DNA of 55,468 nucleotides, filler included, from Platydemus manokwari (lineage: Eukaryota), in assembly GCA_037951405.1 (NCBI GenBank). It is 5 parts of 5 records of this genome, joined end to end, with 100 filler letters (N's around TTAATTAATTAA, not from the genome) between each part and the next. Parts side by side here need not be neighbours in the genome. Positions count along the whole stretch, not along the records: positions 35,925 to 45,967 come from JBBMOY011175211.1; positions 46,068 to 55,468 come from JBBMOY011254763.1; 3 more parts are not named here. One strand, given 5' to 3'. A program made the position numbers and the translations under genes. How positions within the stretch are numbered: position 1 is the first letter of the stretch; the number at the start of each line of letters is the position of its first letter. The notes beneath the pieces were generated by a model that saw only the letters and a list, made by a program, of their open reading frames with translations, was not told the DNA's origin and did not search any database. Of the stretch, positions 42,854-55,468 are shown piece by piece.

Positions 42854-43909
42854 GTTAGTTTTGAATTATTATCGCTTTACAAAAAACAATGACATAAATA
42901 ATGTAATTAGAATTTTAATAAAGTTAAATTAATAATATAATTTAATCAATCAAATAACATTTTTTAAATATTATTAACAATAATATGTTGAAAATTGTTT
43001 ACAAAATAATTGTTAATATTATATTTAATTAAAGCCAATAAAATACAGTCGAATTCGGTTAATATTTATGTTGTAGATTTAACAAAAACATTGTTTTTGA
43101 ATATTCATTGACCATTGATGTATAAAATATTTAGTAATTATTGATGATATCGTATTGATGAGTGTGTGTTTTATAATTTCTATCTGACATTTACTTGACA
43201 TGATCTGTAAATCTTTATTATTTATATATCTTACAACAATAAGTGTAAAACACACTTGAATTAATATTAGTATCGTCAATAAAAAATGAAATCAGATGAT
43301 TAGAAAATAACAGAATGCAATATTTTGGAAAAATTCATGTAAAATAATGACAAAATAATTCTATAAGTCTTGTCGAAAATATATAATAAATGAAATAAAT
43401 TATGAATGAACAAAACTCAAATAATATTTCCTTAAATAAAAATTAATAAAATAAATAATGATTCTAGATATAATCACAGATAAATTATAAATAGGAATCA
43501 TTTTTTCAAAATACAATAAGAGAGACTCAACAATTCACGATCACAGACATTTTGAACATAGAAAATTACAGATTTCCTACGATAATCTCAGTTATTCCAA
43601 GTTAGAAGATTTTTCCATTCACTGGCCAAGTTTTATATCGAAACCACTAGGAAATCAGAAGATTATCCATCGTTATATGCTAATTATTGCCATAAAGACT
43701 ATAAATCTAAATAAGTGTATCATACATTTAAAACTTTATATTCGGTCTTATATTTTCGATTTGTCGTGTAGTCACTCAACAAACTTGTACCAATTTTATC
43801 CCGATAGAACGAAGGGTTTTTATAAATCGCGACTTTAGTGAATATCTGTCTTTTGTAATTATAACAGTTTATTTATTGAATTGCTATATAAAATATAATT
43901 TTATAAAAT

Positions 43910-44425
43910 TGTTGAGTGAGATGAAATTCTGCAAAAAGAAAAACGAAATTGCACCTTGGGACCCTTGTTTTCGCATGCCTGCACGACCATACAAGGATCC
44001 CAATCGGCCAATTACAGCGAAGCTAGCTAGCAAATTACAATAGAGAAAATGGCATAACTACACAGAATACACATATAGGGATTGACCAATCCCATTCATC
44101 TAAAAACCTAAATAACCAATAAGAACACAGAGAGGCAAAAACCAAATCAAATTGTAGTACATCATGACATAGAAAGATGCACACAGATCGCGAGTATAAA
44201 AAGTGATGTAAAGATGGACAACTGCCAGTTGGAAGGCAGATTTGGTGAAGTTATTGAGCTCATATTAATTGCCGAGATTTTGTCAGTGTAATTTGTATAT
44301 TAATTTGTCGAGGTTTATTAATGTGTTTTGTATATTGATTTGTCGAGGTTTTGTTAGTGCGTTTTTGTATATTGATTAATATACCTTCGAGGAGTCGGAG
44401 TTCAATATTCGTTAATACCCCAACA
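43910..44425 (+). mobile_element. Solo LTR (Gypsy-like) with 4-bp target-site duplication
   Basis: TGTTG...CAACA termini, AAAT on both flanks, internal TATAAA and short internal tandem repeats. Confidence 0.8.
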
Positions 44426-44492
44426 AAATCAAACAGGTAATTTTTTGATATAACACAGTGTTATTGCTTTCACATATAAAAGACAATCATAT

Positions 44493-44941
44493 TTGAGAGT
44501 GAGACGAAATCTTGCAAAAGAAGAACTGATTTGTCCCGTGGAACCTTCGTTTTTCCACTTTAAGCATTCGCATTCCTATAAAATAATGCAAACATGGCAA
44601 TCAACCAATCATAGTTGAATTAGATGGAAAACGATAATTGGAAAAAGGGACACAGCCACAGAGTAACACATATAGAGATTGATCAAAAACCAAAAGTCCA
44701 ATATAAGCATGAGAAAGTAAAGATCGAATCGAAATGTGATACAAACATAAGACAAAAATTATACACAGATCTCGAGTATAAATACCAATGTAAAAATGGC
44801 TATAGTTTTGGTTGCGTTTTTTGAGAGATTGTATTGAGTTTTAGAATCATAGTGAGCAGTACGTGAGTGAGAAATAAAGCTTACAATCTTCAATTTTTGG
44901 AGTCAGCAATTATTTGCTTATTTAGAATTGAGTCCCCAACA
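44493..44941 (+). mobile_element. Second, diverged solo LTR of the same family
   Basis: Shares GAGTGAGA.GAAAT..TGCAAAA start, ACACAGATC.CGAGTATAAA core and CCCCAACA end; ATAT on both flanks; AATAAA near 44873. Confidence 0.7.
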
Positions 44942-45967
44942 ATATTCTTTTTTGTAGTGGAATCGTTGATAGATTGTGGAATAAATATGATGAACAGTAC
45001 ATAGCGTCGATCGCCTTATTCATACGAGATTCTGATAGTTTGAGGCGAAAATAAATTATAAACAATAAACGAAACGTTTAATTTTCTTCATTTAAAATTC
45101 ATTAATGCTGAGTGTAAATATAATTCAGAATAGGAGGGAATTAAAGCTAACAATTAAACAATTTACGAAAATAATATCTCAATACAAATTTGACTACGAA
45201 GATAAATAAAAAATTGCAAGAATTACCGTAAATAAGATGTAAAATATTTAACATTTACTACAAATATTAATCAGTTAAAATCAGTCAAAATACACAAAAA
45301 AAAATTTTAATATTAATCTTGTAACATTAATTTCAGAAATCTGATTAAATTACGACTCAAGGTTTTTAGTAACCTACTAATATAGATCACCGGCAATAAG
45401 CCTTCGTGGTTACCATAGTCATAATATTATATTAAAAGCAAAAAGAAGTCAAATGGTTTATTTTCAGTGAGTCGATCTTTAAACCGAGTGTTTAGAAATA
45501 AAATTTCCAATATCAGAATATCGACATTTTATTTTTAATAAAAAATAAGAATTTAGTATTTTAAAATCAATAAACATTTTAAAAAGATTTTTTTATGTTA
45601 ATTAGAGATTAAGTATGATTGGCTAATATCATATAAAAATTGTTTTATATAACTTAGAAATTTCATTATACATTAGAAGACACAACTAAAAATAGATTAA
45701 CAGTTCTTGTTCAAATAATTGTGGATGGTAACAAAAGTCACTCATTAATTATATACGAATTTAAAAATGCCTCTTTTTATATTGAATGCTTAATAATAAT
45801 ATTCTTTATAAAATATCAATAGTCCGTTAATTTAACTATATCCTTCCAACTGGGGAGGTGATGTTGACTGAACTCACACCTATTTTTGAAACTATATAAT
45901 ATCATATTTATTTATTTTTCATTTCATTATTTATAAATATTAGTTATTTATTATTTATTGATATTTG

Positions 45968-46067
45968 NNNNNNNNNNNNNNNNNNNNNNNNNNNNNNNNN
46001 NNNNNNNNNNNTTAATTAATTAANNNNNNNNNNNNNNNNNNNNNNNNNNNNNNNNNNNNNNNNNNNN
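45968..46067. other. Artificial contig linker
   Basis: 44N-TTAATTAATTAA-44N. Confidence 0.97.
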
Positions 46068-47986
46068 TTTGGAAAAACGAATCTATTTAATCTTTAATTC
46101 ACTTATATACATTAAGATTTTTGAAACTTTTATATTTTATTTTATTTAATTACTGATTGGGTGGGAAATTGTAAATTTATTAACGATGTTTTGGGGAACA
46201 TGTAGAAGACAAATAAATTTTGTAAAATTTATCTATGATGTTTATATTCAATCTGTAGTTTTAGTGAGAGGGTTGGGCTATAAATAAAATGAAGGTTGCA
46301 ATTTATATTTATAATGAAACCTTGGAAGTCGTCACTCTTGTAAAATAATTAAAATCAATTTCGACTAGTCACTTCTACAATAGACTCATTTCTAATAGGT
46401 CTGTGGCTGACCACTGAAATCAAATAATAAAATCAATACTAGTCGGCTTACAACTGACAACAGACTACAGGTAAATACAGGTAAAGTCAACCCTACAAAA
46501 CGAGTTGAATCTCTAGAGAAACTATCAGTCTTTCATGGTCGGTAACTGTAAATCTACCTTAATTCTTTCTTGTGATCTTTATGATGACCAATTTTTTAAT
46601 GTCTTCATTTATCACGGTTTTTTCTTTTGGGTGTTGTCCCATAGTTAATTGTGAATTGCAGTCTTCTTTATGAATTAAGCAATTTATTCCTTTTGTTACG
46701 TTCGGGCCTTATTGATTTTATTGTTTAACTAAATTTAAACTTATTTGACACCACTACGGTCTTAATCGGTCTCTATGAGCTCTTGATTAAAGCGGTATGT
46801 GTAATCGACCTTATTTTGATGTTACTTCACCTCGCATAACCTTATTGTTTGAAGACAATAGATATGGCAGTAGCGATATATTTTAATTAACTTAGCTATC
46901 AGACTCAAATAAGAACTATAATTCTATTTAAACTATTGACTATATTTTTTACGATATGATTATACGATCCCTATATGATTAAGAACTAAAATTTAATGCT
47001 ACAAATGTTTATTAAATACAAAAACTGATTAACAACAATAATAAAATAAAAATTACAGATTGATTTTAAAACTACATTATACTAGATTATACTTATAACA
47101 GACCTTACAATTTCCAGATTTAAAGACGGTTTATATTTCCAACTCTAGGAGTAAAATCAGATTACCTTTCTTCAGAGTTATTTTGAGCAAAGCTCTATAA
47201 TAAGAAATATAATGATACGATATATAATATGAATCAGTATTTTACAAGAATGGGTCTTACTTTGGGTCTTCCAGTAAGATACTAGGCATATACAAAATCT
47301 CGTCCTTCTGCACTGAATGATCTTCTACTGTGGACTGATAGAATTGTGGAATATTGACTTTTCTCTTATACCATAATTGGTGGTAGTGCAATTTTGGCAG
47401 TGAAATAATGGCAGTGTTGATTGTGACTGCTGCCTTATATCTTATTGCGTATTGATATTTTATAAATTATTTTATTATTTTAGGGAATTTCGACGGATTT
47501 GCTCTTGGTGGTTTCATAGATATTTTTATTTTGTATATGTATATATAAATAATAATTAATATCAATATCAATATTTCAAATTGGTTTTTGCTAAAAATTC
47601 CAAAGGTTGTCAAAATATAAAAAATACGCATTGATTAGATAAAAATTAATACAATAAAAACTAATGCACATTTTATACGTACTGTCATGCAAATGTATAC
47701 ACATATTTTTCAATGTGAATTAATTGTTGTGGATTAAATGTTGGCCATAACCCCAACACTTTTAAGGCATTCACGACAAGGAAAGTCAATATGAAAAGTC
47801 AAAATCGAGAGATAATTCCCGATAATAAATTCGTGAAACGAATTAAACTTATCAGTTCTCATTAAACAAAAACCAAAAATATTGGATTAAATTATAATAC
47901 AAAATTAATTGCAGTATAAATTTTCTGATCCATTCACATAATTGATCAACAACTATTGATTGATAATATTATACATTTATTATCGA

Positions 47987-50900
47987 ATGCCTAAAGAAAT
48001 TGTTACTCTTCATATTGGACAGGCTGGTGTACAAATGGGAAGTGCAATGTGGGAACTTTATTGTATCGAGCATGGGGTAAGTTCGGACGGAAAACTTGTT
48101 CAAGACACCGAAACTCATTTAAATGATAGGATAGAAACGTTATTTTGTGAATCAAATGGTCAATATATTCCACGAACTGTATTTGTGGATTTAGAGCCGA
48201 CCGTCATCGGTTAGTCGTTGAAGAAACAATTAAAATATTGATATAAGACTTTCATTTTGTAGATGAAATTCGTACTGGAGTTTATAAAAACCTTTTTAGT
48301 CCTAATAGTTTAATAAGCGGTACAGAAGATGCTGCAAACAATTATGCGAGAGGATTTTACACAGTCGGCAAAGATAAACTGGAAGCATTGATGGACGCAA
48401 TTAGAAAAGTTGTCAATAATTGTGAAAGTGTATCTGCTTTTCAAATTATGCATTCATATGCAGGAGGAAGCGGATCAGGTTTGACAAGTTTGTTATTGAT
48501 GAAACTATCAGAAGCTTATGGAAAAAAATTCCGAGTATCGGTAGGCATATTTCCATCATCGGCAATGTCTCAAAGTACCGTTGATCCTTATAATTCACTT
48601 CTGCATACCCACAGCGCTATTGAGAATATAGATTGTGGCATTTTATTTGATAATGAATCCTTATATAGAAAGGCATTAAATCATTTGAAATGCGATAGAC
48701 CAACTTATATTTTAATGAATCGTTTAATAAGTCAAATGGTAACTTGTGTTTTTCTTTCTCATCGTTATCGTTATGAAGGCACACATCATATCGATGTGGA
48801 TGAATTATTAACAAATCTTGTACCGTTTCCTCGAATTCATTTTCCCGTATTGAGTTATGCTCCAATAGTTAGCCATAGTCAAATTAAACATGAAAAAATG
48901 GATGTTGCAGAACTGACGAGGTTTGTTTTTCAAAGTGATGCACACTTCCTTGACTGTTGTTTTGAGAATAGTAAATACACATCTTGTTGTTTACTGTATC
49001 GAGGATATATTAGTCCAAAAGCTGTATATGATGCAGTGGCTAAAGTTAAATGTGACAGACGAATTTCTTTTGTTGATTGGTGTCCAACCGGTTTCAAATT
49101 AGGCTTAAACACAATTCCTCCGGTTGGGGTTCCGAATTTACCATTAGCTACACCGACGAATTGTCTGTGTATGGTATCTGGGAACGTTGGAATATGTGAT
49201 GCATGGAAAAGAGATAGAAGCAAGTTTGATTTGATTTTCAACAAGCGGGCCTTTGTCCACTGGTTTGTTGGTGAGGGCTTAGAAGAAGGAGAATTTTTGG
49301 AATCTCGAGAGGATATAATGACACTAGAGAAGGATTATGAAGAAATTTCCAAAGACACGGATGATGTTGATAAAACAGTTACTCCATCAACCGAACCGAG
49401 TCCTCAAAGCAAACGGATCCCAGAAAAATCTTCCACGGTTAGTACGAACAAACCTAATCAAGTGAGCCAAAAACAATTATCGAAACTCTCAACATCTGAC
49501 ATTCAGATGAGCACAAAAGATACAAATAAAAATTCGAATCCAATTGAAACCAGAAATCCCAATTATTCGAGTCCAGTAAATGTGATGAAAGATAAAAAGA
49601 CTTCAAAGTCAAAATTGAAAGTCCAAGACTTTTCAACGAAAAGTGATAAAGAAAATAGTGAAATCACTGAACAAATGAATGAGAGCAACAATGCATTTGT
49701 ATCGAGAAGCAATAGCAATTATTTGAAGAAGCCATGTTCGTACAGACTTCCTAATGAATTCGATTTTGGTTTGGAGATCGAAGAGCCTAGTTGGATTGAT
49801 GGATCGCCAACTATTGATAAAATTAATAGTCATTTATCTAATAATGATAATCATACACGTTATGGATATAAATATAGAATAGAAGAAGGTAATCCTACAT
49901 CCACAGAGAAAAGTAAATCACGTAGAATTGGTTCAGTATCAAGAAATGAATCTTTATTTAGATCACCATCTAAAATTGCTCGAGTATTGGAATATAAGCC
50001 ACCAAATAATGTAAATAAGGAAAATGAAAAATTGAGATTCAACAACACCATTCACCGAACTCCTTCCGGTACAGGAAGATCATTTAAAAGGAAATGGTGG
50101 CGAAAAACGACGGGATCACAATCTATTAATAATTCGTCAGCCGATTCTCTGACGGGTATTCACGAAACGAATGGGCAAATATGCGATCTCCTATCAAAAA
50201 TGGATTGTGAACCATATGATAGAAATGATCTTATTCACCATAAAATTCCAATTTTGAAAAACAATTTGTTACCGAAATCATTCATTCACAATCAAAACAA
50301 ACCTTTGGAGTTCAACGAAAATGTTATTGAAAACCCATTTCAAATTTGCAGAAATACAAAACCAAACGATATCTGTTCTTCTTCTGTTTCATCATATTTT
50401 GGTAACAGCTTACCTATACAAGGATATCCTAACATATTCCAAGGTGTTCCACTGTTTTCGTATACTCAAAGCGCTTACGATCGACCTCAAACCAATTCTT
50501 CAATTCTTCCCGAAAGTAAGACTTATTCTCCAATTAATGATGATAACGATGACGATGACGATGATGATACGACTTCTGAATTTTCCATGATTTTACCACC
50601 ACCACCAGATTTCGATCATTTCAAAATCGAATCACCTTCTAAATTTGAAATAATGTCTTCCAATCAAAATTCAAACGCCATACCGATTTTTAGTAATCAA
50701 TTTTTAGTAGAAAAAAAACCACAAAAGCAAGACATATGTAATTTTATTCCTTTTACTGGTCCGAAATTTTCATCTTTTGCTCCATCACTTCCAGCTTTAA
50801 AAGTGCCTGAATATACGAAAATACCACGAAAATCTCTACCAGTACCGGTCTGTAATAATCAATCAAAACTTCATATGTCTGTCAATTATCCTCTTCCGAA

Positions 50901-51078
50901 AAAGAGAAATCTCATAATGAGCCCTATAGAGTCTCTCGACTGTGAAGCTTCAGTTTGCAAGCAACCGAAACTGTCTCTAATGAATTTTATTTATAAGAAA
51001 TTTCATAATTCTAAACAATTATCTGATGAGAAAAAATCATCTTCGAAAGCTAAATTGAATGGGAAAAGCTGTAGATAA
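47987..51078 (+). CDS. Divergent alpha-tubulin fused to a low-complexity tail of about 575 aa (about 1012 aa total)
   Basis: Exons 47987-48209 and 48263-51078. Motifs HIGQAGVQMG, VDLEPTVIDEIRTG, EDAANNYARG, HSYAGGSGSG, VDPYNSLL, TNLVPFPRIHF, FVDWCPTGFK, KRAFVHWFVGEGLEEGEF, LEKDYEE. Frame stays open for a further 1.7 kb. Confidence 0.93.
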
Positions 51079-51222
51079 TTAAATTAATTATCAGTATTAA
51101 AACTAAAAGTTGTGATAAAGTTTTTGCAAAATAGCATGAAGGAATTGGACAAAGAAGCCCAAAACCATCTTAATCTTAATTATCTAAAATAAATACATTT
51201 AGTACATTTTTAATTATTTATT

Positions 51223-51223
<1 letters not shown>

Positions 51224-51300
<77 letters not shown>
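51224..51300. repeat. (AAT)n microsatellite
   Basis: About 25 perfect repeats. Confidence 0.95.
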
Positions 51301-51301
<1 letters not shown>

Positions 51302-51899
51302 GATATCAATAACATATAGGCACTAGTATTGATGAATTAAATGAGATGATTATATATAGGGCTAACTAATAGCTATATCTAATTATCGATAAGATTAGTG
51401 AATTTGCCATAATGATAGCTATCGATGTTTGATGAGTTATCACAATCAGATATCTGATCCATAGCAGAATTTAAGTTGAGTGTAAATATTTTGTGCCGTT
51501 ATAAATGTTCATATGATAATCAATGTATTCAAAAATCACTACAATGAATGAAGATATATAAAAACATTAAATTTGCGATGGTAATCTTAAAAGACTCCCG
51601 AGTGTTATGTTCTCAATACTTTTAAATGAAAACACTAGCGATTGTTCTAAGGGTAACTTAAAATGAACGTTGTTAGATTGTTAACAATAAATACCATATT
51701 TATAGATAATTTTAATGGGTTTTATTTTTTACAGATTTGAATTCGAATGTTTTGATTTCTGAATTGTATTGTTTGTGGTCTTGAAATTGTTCTATATCTC
51801 TGACAGGCTTTATTAACAAATGAAAAATGAAACATTTATAATTTAGTACGAGAATACGTCGAGATGAAAGTGTCGCTGAACTGATCAGAAATTCACTGA

Positions 51900-53045
51900 G
51901 GTTTGCAGCTAGTCCTCGTCTCCGAAAAAAAACGCAACAACAAACCAACCATTAGAATGACTAAATGGACAAGTAGACCTGCAATCAAATAAACATGTAT
52001 GCAAAACATGGTGGGTCCGAGTTAGAAGAGCAATCACATATTTCAAAGCTATCCACAAAACAACAATATCATTCGAATGTGCAGATGGATTCTTCAATAT
52101 CAGATTTACAGATGCCAGACAAATAACATCAGTCATACAAATATGCCATCTTAAACAAATCACAAAAATCCTACACGAAACCGTTCACTTATCTTATCTG
52201 CTGCAATGGGCGACAAGTAACTCCAGCAACTATCTATGCCAAACAGTGAGCCACAACACCAAGCTCAATAAGCTAATCTACAGTGGTGAAATTGGTCCGT
52301 TTGTCTGGAACTTCATCCACAAAGCCAGAACAAACACACTTCCAGTCAACGCGAGACCAATGAATAGAGATCCAAGTAACAAGAAATGCAGAATGTGTCA
52401 AGCACAAGAAGAAACAATGGCACATGTCCTTCAAGTGTGTATAATAAATAGCACACTCATTTCCAGCAGACACGATGCTTGTTTAAAGGTCTCCTCATCT
52501 CAATCAATGAGATAATCCCATATCTCAAAGGTAGTGGTGACGAGTCCAGAATGTGCATCGATATCTATATTGAAAAGGTGTCAAAGAAAATAATCTACCT
52601 TACTGGTTTAAAGTGCCCGATTGATCAACCAGATACAATCGCTACAGCAATATTGAGGAATGAAGCCCACTATCAAAGTTTGACAGTGAAAGTACGAGAA
52701 GCAAAACCGAGCTTCAAGGTCGAGTTGCTGACAATAATAGTCGGTTCTCTCGGGACAATTTCAAACGCCTCATTATCAACACTCAAAAAGATGGGAATAC
52801 CCGAAGTTGACTTGTCGGCCATTGTAGCAGAATTATCAATCACCTCAATAAGATACTCGGCAAGAATCTGGCATCTGCAATGTTCCAATATCTATATCGG
52901 CAACGAGGAGCCATAATGAATAACTGATGTGTATGCTTGTTGTATGAATTGTTTTGTTTTGTTTTTTGTGGCCGCACAGATTGAAATGTAAATTTCAAGG
53001 CTTGCCCATGCTGGCATATAAACTGATTGAATATAAAAAATTAAG
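51900..53045 (+). mobile_element. 5'-truncated, frameshifted R2/NeSL-like (RLE) non-LTR retrotransposon
   Basis: FIHKARTNTLP, CCHC knuckle CRMCQAQEETMAHVLQVC, RHD, then frameshift near 52490 into an RLE-like domain (..LKCPID..HYQSL..IIVGSLG..LKKMGI). Confidence 0.85.
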
Positions 53046-55468
53046 CTTGTACATACAAAGTAGCACCAATAATTAGAAAAAAGATTGGCCATTTCAAGAG
53101 ATGATTCCAGATGAAGTTACGAAGCCGAACTGTATATGTCTGTGAAAGAAGGAAAGTGAAGAAGAAATGGAATAAATCAATTAAACATTCCTGGGAATAT
53201 AGTTGTATAATTCTCATGGGACCATATTGTATGATTGATTTGGATTTGTATTGAATTCCGGTTTCTTGTAGGATTTCTTTGATTCGGATTTGGATTCTAT
53301 TCTTGATTGGGAAGTTGTCCGGAATTGAATCACCGTGTTTTATATTATTCGAATCTCGAAAGTGGCGATGATTGATTACACTGCTTTCTATATTGTCAAA
53401 GACTCAAATGTTGAATTTCAGAAAAGTGAATTTCAGTAATGTTTTGATAGTACCTTTATATTTTCAGAGGCGATTAGAGCAGCATCTATCAATTTCGATA
53501 AATTTGTGTCTTCATGCTCCAACAAGGGACTTGGATTGATCTGAATCAAACTACTTGATTTCAATTGATTAATGATTCAATGAAAGGCCCAAATTCACTG
53601 AAACCATTCAGGCTTACGAGATTTGATGGTCTGATTAAAGGCTTGAATAATTTTGTCGGCATCTTATTAAACTGACAAATTCCATAGGCCAATATCAAAG
53701 TGAATCGAATCGATTTACAGAATCAATGGAAGATATAAAGTTTTTAAAATCAACCCCCCCCCAAACAAGAGCCAATATTTTCTGAAATAACAGATTTCAT
53801 AAAGTTCTAATTTAGCTTTTAATGAGTGACATAAAAATGGAAACTTTTTTCTGTAAACTAATGAGAGCAGAATCTCCAATGGTTTTTATATTTCAGCCTG
53901 AGGAATCAGAAATAAAGTTTGATCAATCTCATACCGAGTGAAATCGAATAAATTCTCCAGCTATTTTGCCAATAAATTAGTAAAATATAAGGATATTTTT
54001 GTGATTGGAATATAAAATTAGTCTTTTCTGCAAGAATATCGACTATGTCTAATAGTGACATCAACAGCATAAGTAAGGGCGCAGACTTTATTTTGAAAAA
54101 TCTCATAAGCACTGTAGTTTGCTACTCAACCACAATAAGTAATGCGTTGATGCCAATGGAAACTGGTAGCATGAATACGATGAATTTTTGCTCATCATCT
54201 GTTTCTGAAGAATCAATTCAATTTAAATAGAGATACCATTTTATGACTAAGCGATTATACTTCATTTTTATATAAATAAACATTTATATTTATACCAAAA
54301 ATGGCTTTATTTTTGTGTTGTCAAATCTTACTGTAAACATTGTTAATAGTTACTTTATTGATGAAAGCAATTTTATGCTCTGATATTTAGTATGTATGTC
54401 ATGGCATTAATATTAGTAATTAGTTTGTTATTCGATATTTATTGTAAAAACTCTTCGTTATAGTCACAATTATTAACCCAGAGAATAAATGAAGCAAATA
54501 ATTAAGCCAAATCGAAAATTAATCGATTGTATTAGAATGATGTCAATTTATGAGAAATAATAAAAGGAATTTAAATAATTAAGATATTTTAATAATTAAT
54601 AATCGCAAAAAAAACCGGCCGTAGGTCGGGTATGAAGAGTCTGAAATAACTTAATAGCCATTATGATATATTTCGATAGTCACATCGTAAGAATCTACGC
54701 TATTACTCTTGACAATAAGCCATTGTCGTGTGAAAAGAAGTCCTTCCAAGGAAGATCATTAATACTCATTCAAATAATTCAGCAGTTGAACTTAATAAGG
54801 ATTACGTGGTGTAAAATTCATATAAATATTTGTAACAATCGTCATCTATTTGCAATTTATCGATCTTTACCATAATATCACGAAAAGATTTATAAATCAT
54901 AAAATTACCACGAACTTGAAATTGGTTAACTCATTGTATTTTTATTCAGCATATATTGCCGTTTTAACCTGTCGTGTTTGTGTTAACCATAAAAGTATCC
55001 AACCCGAACGTCAGCCTGATTGAAATAAGGTTCAAACTCATAATATTGCATTGTTACCGATTGTCAAAATAATCACCTTTTTATAATTAATGTGGTGCTC
55101 AAATTATTGAAAAGGAGACTGATAAATCAAAACGACGGCACTATAGTTCAATTGTTGCACTATTTTTGGTACTCTACTAGTCATCATATTATAGGGTGTA
55201 GACCAGTGATTTCCAAAGTGGTCCATATCTACGTCCAGGTCTACGTTGTTAAAAAAATTAAGGGGGGGGTCAATGGGAAGAATTTTTCAAAATTTGCAAA
55301 AAATAGTATAATTGATACAATTTAAATTTTTAAAAAAATTATAAAAATTTAATCTTCTAGCATTATCAAATCAGGATATTCGCTCGTTGTCTTGTATATA
55401 CCAGGTTGAGTCAAAAGTTATTCATGTTTTTATGCAGGTATTTTATTAACACAAATTGTTATAACGCT

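Noticed and set aside
53100-54230. Coding-like minus-strand sequence, possibly a gag remnant
   Set aside because: Multiple stops and no diagnostic motif I can identify.
54613-54631. GC-rich hairpin suggestive of a Helitron end or terminator
   Set aside because: No CTRR terminus or other supporting feature; eukaryotic context.
1-55468. Prokaryotic systems (CRISPR, operons, defence islands) or a non-standard genetic code
   Set aside because: Genes are intron-containing animal genes that translate cleanly with the standard code; no repeat-spacer arrays seen.

Overview
AT-rich eukaryotic (invertebrate animal) genomic DNA with spliceosomal GT-AG introns, mostly about 45-60 nt with a few of about 1 kb or more. 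The window is five contigs joined by identical artificial 100-nt linkers (44N-TTAATTAATTAA-44N), so adjacency between contigs cannot be trusted. Contig 1 holds a filamin gene (minus strand, runs off the left edge). It carries a 3594-nt frame-preserving cassette exon (1198 aa, Ser/Asn/Pro-rich) that splits an Ig/filamin repeat, plus candidate 7-15 nt microexons. Contig 2 has a divergent alpha-tubulin with an acidic extension of about 78 aa, transposon debris and EF-1 beta. Contig 3 has the 5' (ATPase) third of topoisomerase II and decayed transposons. Contig 4 has an unrecognised multi-exon gene or genes built from phase-1 Ig-like exons, and two tandem solo LTRs. Contig 5 has a second divergent alpha-tubulin of about 1012 aa with a tail of about 575 aa predicted to be disordered, and a frameshifted R2-like (RLE) retroelement. 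The most striking features are the giant-tailed alpha-tubulin and the giant filamin cassette exon. All exon boundaries were read by eye and no database searches were run.
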